From Escherichia coli (lineage in GTDB: Bacteria > Pseudomonadota > Gammaproteobacteria > Enterobacterales > Enterobacteriaceae): 64,000 bases of DNA. Positions within the stretch are counted from its first letter, which is position 1. The number at the start of each line of letters is the position of its first letter. The stretch is taken from the NCBI RefSeq assembly GCF_044324785.1, contig NZ_CP172127.1. One strand, written 5' to 3'. The translations under genes were made by a program, and so were the position numbers. This document shows positions 40,194-50,631 of the stretch, one piece after another. The notes beneath the pieces were generated by a model, which saw nothing but the letters and a program-made list of their open reading frames with translations, ran no database searches and was not told the DNA's origin.

Positions 40194-41318
40194 TTAGTCC
40201 TTAAACACCTGCGCCAGCAGATTATGGAAATGGGCGATACCATGTTCGGAAATTCCGCTACCGCTACTGTCGGCCATGATGCGCCCCTGACCACGATAGC
40301 CACGCGATTTCAGCCCTTTCTGTACGCTTTCAACCAGACGTAAATCTTCCGGACGGAACACATCGCGATACCACTCAATCAGCGATTTTTGCTCGTCGGT
40401 TAACTCTTCATTGGTGAAGTAAATATCGTAGTTTTGCAGGGTAGTTTCAGAATCCACCGGGAATTCATAAATGACCGTCATCATCCCTTTGATCGGGGTG
40501 ACGTTCAGCATCGTGCACGGCCACAGCCAGAAACCGTGGAATGCCGCATCCGTGCCCTCTTCGAATTTGAAAGACTGTTCGGACGGTTTGGCGAAACCGT
40601 ACTGCAGCGTCCAGTTACCGTGCATGGTGTGCCAGTAACGATCAACCTGAACGGAGTCGGAGAAACCTGGATGCGCCGGACCACAGTGATAGCACTCGAG
40701 ATAGTTATCGACAATGTTCTTCCAGTTGGCAGGCGTGCGGGTGGTAAAGCGGGCCGCCAGTTTCAGGTCGTGGACTTCCGGGCAGGCTTCCAGCACTTTC
40801 GCGCCCAGACCGGGTAACTGATCTTCTACGCTGGTGGCGTTGGGGTCCATGTTGATGAAGACGAATCCGGCATATTCTTCCAGACGCACCGGAACCAGTT
40901 GCGCTTTGTCGCTATCGAAATTGGCGACGTTTTCGCAGTTACGTGCATGGGCCAGATTGCCATCGAGTTTGAATGCCCATGCGTGATACGGGCAGGTAAT
41001 CACATTTTTTGCTTTTCCTTCACCGCTCAACAACTGATGACCACGGTGCGGACACACGTTATAGAACGCGCGCAAAACCTTATCACGACCGCGTACCAGC
41101 ACGATGCTTTCGCCAATGATCTCACGCGTCACATAATCATTGGCATTAGCCAGTTCGCTGCTGTGAGCGACGCAAATCCAGCTTTTGGCGAAGACGTTCT
41201 CTTTTTCGTGTTCAAAGGCGTTCTGATCGGTATAAAAACGGGCAGGAATGGTCCACGCCTCTTGCGGGTTAGCGCAAAAATTTTCGGGTAGTACAAAGTC
41301 AGGGCTCAGATTGCTCAT
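40194..41318 (-). CDS. yeaW: Carnitine monooxygenase oxygenase subunit YeaW (CntA), Rieske-type
   Basis: Track ORF 40194..41438 trimmed to MSNLSPDFVLPENF... (374 aa); Rieske motif CPHRGHQ...CPYHAW present. Confidence 0.85.
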   Translation of the reverse strand: MSNLSPDFVLPENFCANPQEAWTIPARFYTDQNAFEHEKENVFAKSWICVAHSSELANANDYVTREIIGESIVLVRGRDKVLRAFYNVCPHRGHQLLSGEGKAKNVITCPYHAWAFKLDGNLAHARNCENVANFDSDKAQLVPVRLEEYAGFVFINMDPNATSVEDQLPGLGAKVLEACPEVHDLKLAARFTTRTPANWKNIVDNYLECYHCGPAHPGFSDSVQVDRYWHTMHGNWTLQYGFAKPSEQSFKFEEGTDAAFHGFWLWPCTMLNVTPIKGMMTVIYEFPVDSETTLQNYDIYFTNEELTDEQKSLIEWYRDVFRPEDLRLVESVQKGLKSRGYRGQGRIMADSSGSGISEHGIAHFHNLLAQVFKD

Positions 41319-41349
41319 AGGGTTACCTTTATCGTTAGGATGATGGCGC

Positions 41350-42960
41350 TCAGTTGTCGCCTTTGAATACGGTTCCCGCAGGGAGCACTGGTGTTTTTTC
41401 CAGGGCTTCAACCGGTGTCTGCGGGAGATAATGTTCAACTTGATGAGCCGGAATGTCGGCGTAATCCTGTTTCAGCCAGCGAATAAATCCGCCGACTTTC
41501 ACCAGTAAAATGACGAGGAAGGGAAGGGCTGTGAGCACGACGGTGGTTTTCATCGTTTCCAGCGAAGCACCGGTAAACAAGATGGAAAGCGGGATCAGAG
41601 TGATCACCACGCACCAGAAAAGACGCAGCCCACGGTCAGGATCTTCACCTTCCTGGAGATTACGCGTACTGGTCGCCGCCATGGTGTAGGCCACCGCATC
41701 CATATGCGAGGCAAGGAAAATAATCATCACGCCCAGGTATGCGGCGAGGAACAATTTACCGGCTGGCAACGACATCAGAACTTGCTGCACAGCTGTTTCA
41801 CCGCCCAGTGTTTCCAGCACCTGTGGGACGTTGATTACGCCATTGATAAACTGATGAATGGCATAGCTTTCCATTACGCCGAAGAAGAACCAGCAACCGA
41901 CGGTGCTGCCGAGGATCAGTCCCCAGATAACTTCTTTAATCTTATGACCGCGGGAAACGCGGGTGACAAACATTGCTACGCCAGGCGTGTATGAGATCCA
42001 CCACAGCCAGTAGAAAACGGTCCAGTTGCGGGTAAATGAACCATCGCCAAGCGGATCGGTGAATAAGCTCATTTGCAGGAAGTTTTGCGTGGTCAGGCCG
42101 ATGGCATTGATGATGCTGTTGGTAATAAATTCGGTTGGACCGACAATCAGCACCAGTAATGGCAGCAGGAACGCGCCCCAGCCAACCATTTTGCTCAGAC
42201 GTTGCAAACCGTTGTTGATACCAATCCATGAGCTTAGGCAAAAAATGCCGCCGGAAAGCAGGATCACAAATGCCTGCACGGTGAAGTTATCGGGTAAACC
42301 GGTCAGTGCGGAAAGTCCACGAGTAAAGGTTGCTGCGGTGACAACAAGGGAAATAGTCAGTGCGCCGACAGTGGCGATCAGGAACATCAAATCAACCAGT
42401 TTTCCCCATGGGCCTTGCGGGCGAACGCCGGTAATCGCGGCAATAATGCCGGAAAGACTCAGACCTTTGTTTTTCCGCACATGAAAGTGATAAGCCATGA
42501 TTAATGAGGCCAGCGTATAAGTTGCCCAGGCGCTGATGCCCCAGTGGAAGAAGGAGTAAGGGACGCTAAATTCGAGTGCCTGTTGTGAACGCGGTGCGAT
42601 ATTTAATCCAGGCGTTTGATAATAATAGGCCCATTCAGCAACCCCCCAATAAAGCGTAGAAGAACCTAAACCGGCACAAATAAACATAAACAGCCAGGAG
42701 AGCGTGCTGTATTCCGGTTTTCCTTCGCCAAGACGAATATTGCCGTATTTACTGGTGGCTAAATAAATCACCAGTCCCATTGCCAGCAAAACCAATACCT
42801 GTACGGCGGAACCTAACGTACGCGTAACAAAAGTGTATATTGCGTTGGCCGCGTCGGCCGATTGTTGTGGGAAAAGGCTTAATGCAGCTGCGATGAAAAG
42901 AATGGCCACCAGGCTGATGCTTATCAGCGGCACATCTTTTTTCTTAACATTGCTCATCAT
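41350..42960 (-). CDS. yeaV: BCCT-family transporter YeaV (probable carnitine/betaine-type carrier)
   Basis: 536-aa polytopic ORF; N-terminal region resembles CaiT/BetT-type BCCT carriers from the first Met, so the full ORF is kept; exact start uncertain. Confidence 0.8.
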   Translation of the reverse strand: MMSNVKKKDVPLISISLVAILFIAAALSLFPQQSADAANAIYTFVTRTLGSAVQVLVLLAMGLVIYLATSKYGNIRLGEGKPEYSTLSWLFMFICAGLGSSTLYWGVAEWAYYYQTPGLNIAPRSQQALEFSVPYSFFHWGISAWATYTLASLIMAYHFHVRKNKGLSLSGIIAAITGVRPQGPWGKLVDLMFLIATVGALTISLVVTAATFTRGLSALTGLPDNFTVQAFVILLSGGIFCLSSWIGINNGLQRLSKMVGWGAFLLPLLVLIVGPTEFITNSIINAIGLTTQNFLQMSLFTDPLGDGSFTRNWTVFYWLWWISYTPGVAMFVTRVSRGHKIKEVIWGLILGSTVGCWFFFGVMESYAIHQFINGVINVPQVLETLGGETAVQQVLMSLPAGKLFLAAYLGVMIIFLASHMDAVAYTMAATSTRNLQEGEDPDRGLRLFWCVVITLIPLSILFTGASLETMKTTVVLTALPFLVILLVKVGGFIRWLKQDYADIPAHQVEHYLPQTPVEALEKTPVLPAGTVFKGDN

Positions 42961-43210
42961 GAGTCATCTCCTGGGCATAAAAGCCCGTCTCTGGCTTTTG
43001 CCAGTTGTAATTATTTGCAGGGTAATGAGTTGTATGTTGTGTTTAACAAATTGATTATTTGCATGTTACATAAATTAAACAATTAAGAATACGGAAAGCC
43101 ATAAAACACGAAACGGAAACAATAAAAGGTGAAATGACGCAGGTTATTAACTGCAAAGAACGAATAAAAAAACCGCGTCAGTGACGCGGTTCAAATAAAC
43201 TGGTTTGACC

Positions 43211-44296
43211 TTAACGCAAAATAATTTTGCAAATCGCGTCGGCAACCTGTGGCGTGGTGGCACTGCCTTTCATATCCGGTGTTTTCGGCCCGTGAGCAAT
43301 CACTTCTTCAATCGCTGCCAGAATACCGTTATGCGCTTGCTGGAAACGCTCATCGCCATTGCCGAGAAAATCGAGCATCATTGCACCGGCCCAAATTGTG
43401 GCAATAGGGTTAGCAATATTTTTCCCGTAGATATCCGGCGCGGAACCGTGAACAGGCTCGAAGAGCGACGGGAAAGTGCGTTCCGGATTCAGGTTGGCGG
43501 ATGGGGCAATGCCAATGGTGCCGGTGCAGGCCGGGCCAAGATCGGAAAGGATATCGCCAAACAAATTGGACGCCACCACCACATCGAAGCGTTCCGGCTG
43601 CATCACAAAACGCGCGCAGAGAATATCAATATGCTGCTTGTCCCAGCGGATCTCCGGGTAATTCTCGGCCATTGCTTCCACTCGCTCATCCCAGTACGGC
43701 ATGCTGATGGCTAAACCGTTTGATTTAGTGGCAGAGGTTAGCGTCTTACGTGGGCGGCTTTGCGCAAGTTCGAAGGCATAACGCAAAATGCGATCGACAC
43801 CACGACGCGTAAATACCGATTCCTGAATGACGACTTCATGCTCTGTACCTTCATTCACTCTACCGCCGAGCGAGGAATATTCGCCTTCGGTGTTTTCCCT
43901 GACCACGTAAAAATCGATGTCGCCAGGCTGTTTTCCCGCCAGCGGGCAGGGAACGCCAGGAAAGAGACGAACCGGGCGCAGGTTGACGTACTGGTCGAAT
44001 TCACGACGAAATTTCAGCAGCGAACCCCACAACGAAATATGGTCCGGAACGGTGTCCGGCCAGCCGACGGCACCAAAATAGATGGCGTCGAAACGGCTAA
44101 GTTGCTCATGCCAGTCGTCCGGCATCATTTTACCGTGATGGCTGTAATACTCGCAGCTCGCCCACTCCATTTGCTCAAAACTCAAGGCGAAGCCCCAGCG
44201 CTCAGCGGCAGCCTGTAACACGCGAATCCCTTCAGGAAGGACTTCTTTGCCAATCCCGTCTCCCGGGATCGCAGCAATACGCATCGTTTTCATCAT
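43211..44296 (-). CDS. dmlA: D-malate dehydrogenase (decarboxylating) DmlA
   Basis: 361-aa isocitrate/isopropylmalate dehydrogenase-family ORF MMKTMRIAAIPGDGIGKEV... Confidence 0.9.
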   Translation of the reverse strand: MMKTMRIAAIPGDGIGKEVLPEGIRVLQAAAERWGFALSFEQMEWASCEYYSHHGKMMPDDWHEQLSRFDAIYFGAVGWPDTVPDHISLWGSLLKFRREFDQYVNLRPVRLFPGVPCPLAGKQPGDIDFYVVRENTEGEYSSLGGRVNEGTEHEVVIQESVFTRRGVDRILRYAFELAQSRPRKTLTSATKSNGLAISMPYWDERVEAMAENYPEIRWDKQHIDILCARFVMQPERFDVVVASNLFGDILSDLGPACTGTIGIAPSANLNPERTFPSLFEPVHGSAPDIYGKNIANPIATIWAGAMMLDFLGNGDERFQQAHNGILAAIEEVIAHGPKTPDMKGSATTPQVADAICKIILR

Positions 44297-44398
44297 TGGG
44301 TTCTCACTTCCTGACCATCAAAATTGACAACATCACCATCCTATAATTGACTGAAAAGGAATTAATCCCCGTAACTGGTGAAACATAAAACACGAATC

Positions 44399-45322
44399 AT
44401 GAATAATTTACCGCTGCTGAACGATTTGCGCGTCTTTATGCTGGTGGCTCGCCGGGCTGGTTTTGCCGCCGTGGCGGAAGAACTGGGCGTTTCACCGGCG
44501 TTCGTCAGCAAGCGCATCGCCTTGCTGGAGCAAACGCTAAACGTGGTGTTGTTACACCGCACCACCCGCCGCGTCACCATTACCGAAGAAGGAGAGCGGA
44601 TTTATGAATGGGCGCAGCGGATTTTGCAGGATGTCGGTCAGATGATGGACGAACTTTCTGACGTGCGTCAGGTGCCACAGGGGATGCTGCGTATTATCAG
44701 CAGCTTTGGTTTTGGACGACAGGTGGTGGCTCCGGCGTTATCAGCGCTGGCGAAGGCGTATCCGCAACTGGAATTACGTTTTGATGTGGAAGACCGGCTG
44801 GTCGATTTGGTCAATGAAGGTGTCGATCTCGATATTCGCATTGGCGATGACATCGCCCCTAATTTAATCGCCCGCAAACTGGCGACCAATTACCGCATTC
44901 TCTGCGCGTCGCCGGAATTTATTGCGCAACATGGCACGCCGAAACATTTAACCGATCTTTCTGCATTGCCGTGCCTGGTCATTAAAGAGCGCGATCATCC
45001 TTTTGGTGTCTGGCAATTACGCAATAAAGAAGGCCACCATGCGATTAAAGTCACCGGCCCACTGTCGTCTAATCATGGAGAAATTGTCCATCAGTGGTGT
45101 CTCGATGGGCAGGGGATTGCTCTGCGTTCCTGGTGGGATGTTAGCGAAAACATTGCCAGTGGTCATTTAGTGCAAGTGCTACCGGAATATTACCAGCCAG
45201 CGAACGTCTGGGCCGTTTATGTTTCAAGGCTGGCGACGTCAGCGAAAGTGCGGATAACGGTAGAATTTTTACGCCAGTATTTTGCCGAGCACTACCCGAA
45301 TTTTTCACTGGAGCATGCCTGA
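44399..45322 (+). CDS. dmlR: LysR-type transcriptional regulator DmlR
   Basis: Track ORF 44378..45322 trimmed to MNNLPLLNDLRVFMLVARRAGFAAVAEELGVSPAFVSKRI... (307 aa); divergent from dmlA. Confidence 0.85.
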   Translation: MNNLPLLNDLRVFMLVARRAGFAAVAEELGVSPAFVSKRIALLEQTLNVVLLHRTTRRVTITEEGERIYEWAQRILQDVGQMMDELSDVRQVPQGMLRIISSFGFGRQVVAPALSALAKAYPQLELRFDVEDRLVDLVNEGVDLDIRIGDDIAPNLIARKLATNYRILCASPEFIAQHGTPKHLTDLSALPCLVIKERDHPFGVWQLRNKEGHHAIKVTGPLSSNHGEIVHQWCLDGQGIALRSWWDVSENIASGHLVQVLPEYYQPANVWAVYVSRLATSAKVRITVEFLRQYFAEHYPNFSLEHA

Positions 45323-45379
45323 TTAATGATTCAATTATCGGGTTGATATCGGGTTAAAACCTGATTTTCTCCTTTCTAA

Positions 45380-46087
<708 letters not shown>

Positions 46088-46170
46088 TACTTTCAGCCCG
46101 CGTTGTCGCGGGCTTCCCATCTGTAATCCTCCCTGATTCTTCTCTGATATGGTGCTAAAAAGTAACCAAT

Positions 46171-46193
46171 AAATGGTATTTAAAATGCAAATT
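46171..46193 (+). promoter_or_regulatory. Candidate NsrR operator upstream of yeaR
   Basis: AAATGGTATTTAAAATGCAAATT resembles the NsrR inverted repeat (AANATGCATTT-N-AAATGCATNTT); about 70-90 nt upstream of yeaR, a known NsrR target. Confidence 0.4.
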
Positions 46194-46259
46194 ATCAGGC
46201 GTACCCTGAAACGGCTGGAATAAACCATTTTCAGCGCATTCACCGAAGGAGGGAAAAGG

Positions 46260-46619
46260 ATGCTGCAAATCCCACAGAATTATATTCATACGCGCTCAAC
46301 GCCTTTCTGGAATAAACAAACTGCGCCTGCCGGAATATTCGAACGTCATCTTGATAAAGGAACGCGCCCGGGAGTTTACCCACGCCTTTCCGTTATGCAT
46401 GGGGCGGTCAAATATCTCGGCTACCCTGATGAACACAGTGCAGAGCCTGATCAAGTGATCCTTATCGAAGCGGGGCAGTTTGCGGTGTTCCCTCCAGAAA
46501 AGTGGCACAACATTGAAGCCATGACTGACGATACTTATTTCAACATTGACTTCTTCGTTGCCCCTGAAGTCCTGATGGAAGGTGCGCAACAACGGAAAGT
46601 CATTCATAACGGGAAATGA
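46260..46619 (+). CDS. yeaR: DUF1971 protein YeaR
   Basis: 119-aa ORF MLQIPQNYIHTRSTPFWNKQTAPAGIFERHLDKGTRPGVYPRLSVMHG... Confidence 0.85.
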   Translation: MLQIPQNYIHTRSTPFWNKQTAPAGIFERHLDKGTRPGVYPRLSVMHGAVKYLGYPDEHSAEPDQVILIEAGQFAVFPPEKWHNIEAMTDDTYFNIDFFVAPEVLMEGAQQRKVIHNGK

Positions 46620-46622
46620 ATC

Positions 46623-46805
46623 ATGGGCAAAGCAACGTATACCGTGACCGTCACCAATAACAGCAATGGCGTTTCTGTCGATTATGAAACAGAGACGCCG
46701 ATGACTTTGCTGGTGCCAGAAGTGGCGGCTGAAGTGATAAAAGATCTGGTGAATACCGTGCGTTCTTATGACACGGAAAACGAACATGATGTTTGTGGTT
46801 GGTAA
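46623..46805 (+). CDS. yoaG: Small protein YoaG (60 aa)
   Basis: 60-aa ORF MGKATYTVTVTNNSNGVSVDYETETPMTLLVPEVAAEVIKDLVNTVRSYDTENEHDVCGW; 3 nt after the yeaR stop. Confidence 0.8.
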   Translation: MGKATYTVTVTNNSNGVSVDYETETPMTLLVPEVAAEVIKDLVNTVRSYDTENEHDVCGW

Positions 46806-46952
46806 TTATCTCTGATCGTTGATGGCGCAATTTCTGCGCCATCGCAAAAAAATCCTCCGTGATGCTCGTCACAAATTTTGCCCTCCCGATGTTGTGCTAT
46901 GCTTTTTATCAGCGACTAACCCGCTAATGCAAAACAGATAAGTGAGGAAACA

Positions 46953-47201
46953 ATGGGCATTCTGTCATGGATTATTTTTGGGCTTATTGCCGGTATTCTG
47001 GCGAAGTGGATCATGCCAGGTAAAGATGGTGGTGGATTCTTTATGACTATCCTGCTGGGGATAGTCGGTGCCGTAGTCGGCGGATGGATCAGCACGCTGT
47101 TTGGCTTTGGTAAAGTCGATGGCTTCAATTTTGGCAGCTTCGTGGTTGCCGTTATTGGCGCGATTGTCGTGCTGTTTATCTACAGAAAGATTAAAAGTTA
47201 A
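46953..47201 (+). CDS. yeaQ: GlsB/YeaQ/YmgE-family small membrane protein YeaQ
   Basis: 82-aa ORF MGILSWIIFGLIAGILAKWIMPGKDGGGFFMTILLGIVGAVVGGWISTLFGF... Confidence 0.85.
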   Translation: MGILSWIIFGLIAGILAKWIMPGKDGGGFFMTILLGIVGAVVGGWISTLFGFGKVDGFNFGSFVVAVIGAIVVLFIYRKIKS

Positions 47202-47214
47202 CGTTTAAATTGCA

Positions 47215-47248
47215 CAAAGGCTGCACACAGGCAGCCTTTGCTATTTTC
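47215..47248 (+). terminator. Intrinsic terminator after yeaQ
   Basis: caaaggctgc-acacag-gcagcctttg hairpin followed by ctattttc. Confidence 0.7.
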
Positions 47249-47259
47249 TAGATGTGACG

Positions 47260-47334
47260 TTACCACCATCCCAGCTCAGTGCCGAGTACGACAATAATCG
47301 CCACACCCATCATAATAATCGTTGTTTTTTTCAT
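47260..47334 (-). CDS. yoaJ: Tiny hydrophobic protein YoaJ (24 aa)
   Basis: Hand translation of minus strand MKKTTIIMMGVAIIVVLGTELGWW; start 2 nt after the yoaK stop. Confidence 0.7.
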   Translation of the reverse strand: MKKTTIIMMGVAIIVVLGTELGWW

Positions 47335-47336
47335 CT

Positions 47337-47435
47337 TTATGCTCCCGGGGCAGCATAGCCGCCAATAAAAAACCATGCTAAAAATACGACCGCTGTAATA
47401 AAGATTACAACCGGAAAAATAATACCGATTCGCAT
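47337..47435 (-). CDS. yoaK: Tiny hydrophobic protein YoaK (32 aa)
   Basis: Hand translation of minus strand MRIGIIFPVVIFITAVVFLAWFFIGGYAAPGA; sits between dgcP and yoaJ on the same strand. Confidence 0.7.
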   Translation of the reverse strand: MRIGIIFPVVIFITAVVFLAWFFIGGYAAPGA

Positions 47436-47467
47436 GTTATCACCAATCAAAAGGATGTGAATACGCC

Positions 47468-48493
47468 TCAGGAATGTAGCGCTGGATGCGCGACAAAAGG
47501 GGTTTTCTGTTTGTGTTTTTTCTCCTGATACATCGCGATATCGGCAGCATGCAGGGCACTGTCTGCATCGGTCGTTTCAGGATCGACTTCTACTATGCCA
47601 AGACTGGCACCGGGATAATACAAATCAACATCACCTAAGTGATATTCTCCACGTATTTGCTGTTGAATACGTTCTCGCAGCGACGAAATATCCGCATTCT
47701 CGTTGTTCAGTGAAACAACCAAAAACTCATCACCGCCGAGACGACCAATAACTTCGCCATTTTGCTGGAGCGTATTAAGGCGCTCGCCAACCTGAATGAG
47801 GAACAAATCACCACTATTATGACCAAAACGATCGTTGATTAATTTGAAGTTATCCAGATCGATAAACGCGATCATTATCTTATGGTTAAGATGTCGGGCG
47901 AGAGAAAACAGCGTCGTCAGGTTTTCAAAAATCGCCCGCCGATTCGGTAGCCCGGTTAACGAGTCGGTATACGATTGCGCAATCAGCGCAGCATTGGCTT
48001 CGCGCAGCTGTTCTACCAGCGCCTCTTTTTGAATATATTGTGCAATCAGTCCGGCGAATAACTGCAAAACCTGTTCCGCGCGTTCACTCCACTGGCGCTT
48101 CTCACTACTGGCGGCGCAAAGCGTGCCATAGAATGATCCATCCGGTAAGTGAATTGGCGTGCTCAGAAATGTGGTGATGCCAAGATTGCGTGCCGCAATA
48201 CAGTCGCCCCAACGGTCAGGGACTTCATCGCTGAAAAAGCAGTTTTCATCAATGGCGCGTTTGCATAACGAGTAATCCCACGAGACGGTAAAATTCTCCG
48301 GGATGTGCATTTTCTGGCTGTTACGGGCAAACATAATATGCTGCAGGCGCGCTTCGACATCCACTTTGGTCAGGTAGGTTGATTCCATATCAGTGACCAT
48401 TTCCAGCATCTCCAGAAGCTGTCGGACCAGGCTTTCCAGTGACTGTTCTTTGGCAAGGGATTGCGAGACGCGGGCGATAATCTGATCTGACAC
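47468..48493 (-). CDS. dgcP: Diguanylate cyclase DgcP (YeaP), GAF-GGDEF; GTG start
   Basis: Track ORF 47468..48622 trimmed to GTG-initiated (M)SDQIIARVSQSLAKEQSLESLVRQLLEML... (341 aa); GGDEF active-site motif RLGGDEF present. Confidence 0.85.
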   Translation of the reverse strand: MSDQIIARVSQSLAKEQSLESLVRQLLEMLEMVTDMESTYLTKVDVEARLQHIMFARNSQKMHIPENFTVSWDYSLCKRAIDENCFFSDEVPDRWGDCIAARNLGITTFLSTPIHLPDGSFYGTLCAASSEKRQWSERAEQVLQLFAGLIAQYIQKEALVEQLREANAALIAQSYTDSLTGLPNRRAIFENLTTLFSLARHLNHKIMIAFIDLDNFKLINDRFGHNSGDLFLIQVGERLNTLQQNGEVIGRLGGDEFLVVSLNNENADISSLRERIQQQIRGEYHLGDVDLYYPGASLGIVEVDPETTDADSALHAADIAMYQEKKHKQKTPFVAHPALHS

Positions 48494-48675
48494 GAAACAA
48501 CTCCAGGATACGGCGGGTAAATGCTGATTATTTAATCTTTGCAGGCATGATAAAACATCATCAACAAAGATGAAACAAGGCGTAATATGATTTGAGTGAA
48601 TGTAATAAAAATAGTGCTGCAAAACAAAACGATACCGCGATACTCTAAGCCTGGATAAATATGTGAGATCAATAA

Positions 48676-48930
48676 ATGAAAATTATCAGTTTTGTTCTGC
48701 CTTGCTTGCTGGTTCTGGCTGGTTGTTCAACCTCTTCTCAGCCAGAAGCACCTAAACCGCCGCAGATTGGTATGGCAAATCCGGCGTCGGTCTATTGCCA
48801 GCAGAAGGGCGGGACGCTCATTCCAGTGCAGACAGCGCAAGGGGTCAGCAACAATTGCAAATTACCGGGCGGTGAAACGATTGATGAATGGGCATTGTGG
48901 CGACGGGACCATCCGGCTGGTGAAAAATAA
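48676..48930 (+). CDS. yoaF: DUF333 lipoprotein YoaF
   Basis: 84-aa ORF with lipobox (LAGC) MKIISFVLPCLLVLAGCSTSSQPEAPKPPQIGMANPASVYCQQKGG... Confidence 0.8.
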   Translation: MKIISFVLPCLLVLAGCSTSSQPEAPKPPQIGMANPASVYCQQKGGTLIPVQTAQGVSNNCKLPGGETIDEWALWRRDHPAGEK

Positions 48931-48951
48931 CCGCCGGATGCTGTACTAAAA

Positions 48952-49299
48952 TCACAAGCTACGTAGCCAGTCGGCCAGCACCAGCGCATGGTTCTGCGTG
49001 GTGTTTTTTGCTGAGTAGAGCAGGGTCAGCGGCTGTTTTTTGGCGATGTCCGCCAGCCGCTTTCCTTCTTGCTCGTGTTGCGCCAGTTCTGCAAGATATT
49101 GCTCGCGAAAGGTTGCAAAATCGACGACTTCGCCGTGAAAGGCTTTGCGCAGTTCCGTTGACGGCGTGATTTCTTTATCCCACTCATCAAGGGCTAAATC
49201 GGTTTTTTTGATACCACGCGGCCAGAGGCGGTCGACCAGTACGCGATAACCATCGCTCTGTTCTGCCGGATCATAAACGCGTTTGCACTGAATATTCAT
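48952..49299 (-). CDS. yeaO: DUF488 protein YeaO
   Basis: Track ORF 48952..49320 trimmed to MNIQCKRVYDPAEQSDGYRVLVDRLWPRGIKK... (115 aa). Confidence 0.8.
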   Translation of the reverse strand: MNIQCKRVYDPAEQSDGYRVLVDRLWPRGIKKTDLALDEWDKEITPSTELRKAFHGEVVDFATFREQYLAELAQHEQEGKRLADIAKKQPLTLLYSAKNTTQNHALVLADWLRSL

Positions 49300-49353
49300 C
49301 GTGTTTGTTCTCCCTTCCACGCATGATTGGTCACGTCACTATAGCACCGGATA

Positions 49354-50535
49354 TTAGCGAATTTCTTTGTCTCTCCCGGCGCAAAGTCCGAAAATCGCCA
49401 TCAGTAGTGAAAGTATGGCAACACCCATCAATGGTATGGACCAGTCACCGTTAGTATCGTGTATTTTACCCATCAGCGGCGGCCCACAGGCTGCCAGCAA
49501 ATACCCGACGGATTGTGCCATCCCCGAGAGTGCCGCCGCCTGATGCGCAGAACTTGCCCGAAGACCAATGAACGTCAACCCTAGTATCATTGTTGCGCCG
49601 GAACCAAAACCGAAAAGCAGAGTCCAGGTGATCGCGTGCGCTGGCATAAAGCAGAGCCCAACCGCGCCCACTGCGCACATCAAGGCAACGAACGCTGCAA
49701 TACCACGCTGATCTTTCACATGATGTAAGAAAAGTGGGATCAGCAAACCGGGAGCTGCTGTGGCTAGTTGCAGCAAACCATGCAGTGAACCCGCCTGTGC
49801 TTCGCTATAGCCGTGACTGATGAGGATCGCCGGAAGCCAGCCAATAATCACGTAATAGATCAGTGAGTTGATCCCAAGAAACAATGTTACCTGCCAGGCA
49901 AGCGGCGAACGCCAGATACCCCGAGTATGTAAGGCGCGTGAGGTACTCAAATTTGCATGTTGTTGACTTCGCCACTGTGGCAGCCATAAAAAAAGAGCCA
50001 GCAGAGGAAAACACATCAGCATGAGCAACGCGCCTTGCCAGCCAAAACCGTTCAAAGCCAGCGGCACGACCATAGCCGATCCCAGTGCCGCTGCAGCTCC
50101 CATTGTCAGGGAATATGCGCCGGTAAGTCTGGCGACGGAATGAGGGAAATCGCGTTTAATTAATCCTGGCAGTAAGACATTGCCTAATGCAATCCCACCG
50201 CCAATGACCGCTGTACCGCCAAATAATAAGTAAGGCGAAGGGAGAGAGCGAATTGCGATACCAGCACAGATCAAAAGTAACGCGGCAAACAGGCTACGCT
50301 CCATACCAAAACGTCGCGCCACCGGGGCAGCCAGCGGTGAGATTAGCGCAAAGGCTAATAATGGCAGGGTGGTCAATAAGCCGGTTTGCGCCGTCGTCAG
50401 CGAGTAAGCGAAACGAATCGTATCCAGTAACGGTGCTGCGCCGGTAAAGGTGACGCGTAATGTTGTGGCAATCATTAGAATGCCAGCGATAAGGACAATC
50501 CTGTTTTTGCCGCTTAATGAAGTTGAACAGGTCAT
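49354..50535 (-). CDS. yeaN: MFS transporter YeaN (cyanate-transporter-like family)
   Basis: 393-aa 12-TMS-like ORF; divergent from nimR. Confidence 0.85.
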   Translation of the reverse strand: MTCSTSLSGKNRIVLIAGILMIATTLRVTFTGAAPLLDTIRFAYSLTTAQTGLLTTLPLLAFALISPLAAPVARRFGMERSLFAALLLICAGIAIRSLPSPYLLFGGTAVIGGGIALGNVLLPGLIKRDFPHSVARLTGAYSLTMGAAAALGSAMVVPLALNGFGWQGALLMLMCFPLLALFLWLPQWRSQQHANLSTSRALHTRGIWRSPLAWQVTLFLGINSLIYYVIIGWLPAILISHGYSEAQAGSLHGLLQLATAAPGLLIPLFLHHVKDQRGIAAFVALMCAVGAVGLCFMPAHAITWTLLFGFGSGATMILGLTFIGLRASSAHQAAALSGMAQSVGYLLAACGPPLMGKIHDTNGDWSIPLMGVAILSLLMAIFGLCAGRDKEIR

Positions 50536-50631
50536 ATGCTTCTCATTGTTACAAACGAGGCTGTACCTTACCGTTTTTATTGTTATGTTGAATCAAGCTA
50601 AAATGACAAATTATCGCTAAATTCGGACAAA

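Noticed and set aside
43205-43714. 169-aa plus-strand ORF
   Set aside because: Antisense to the 3' part of dmlA.
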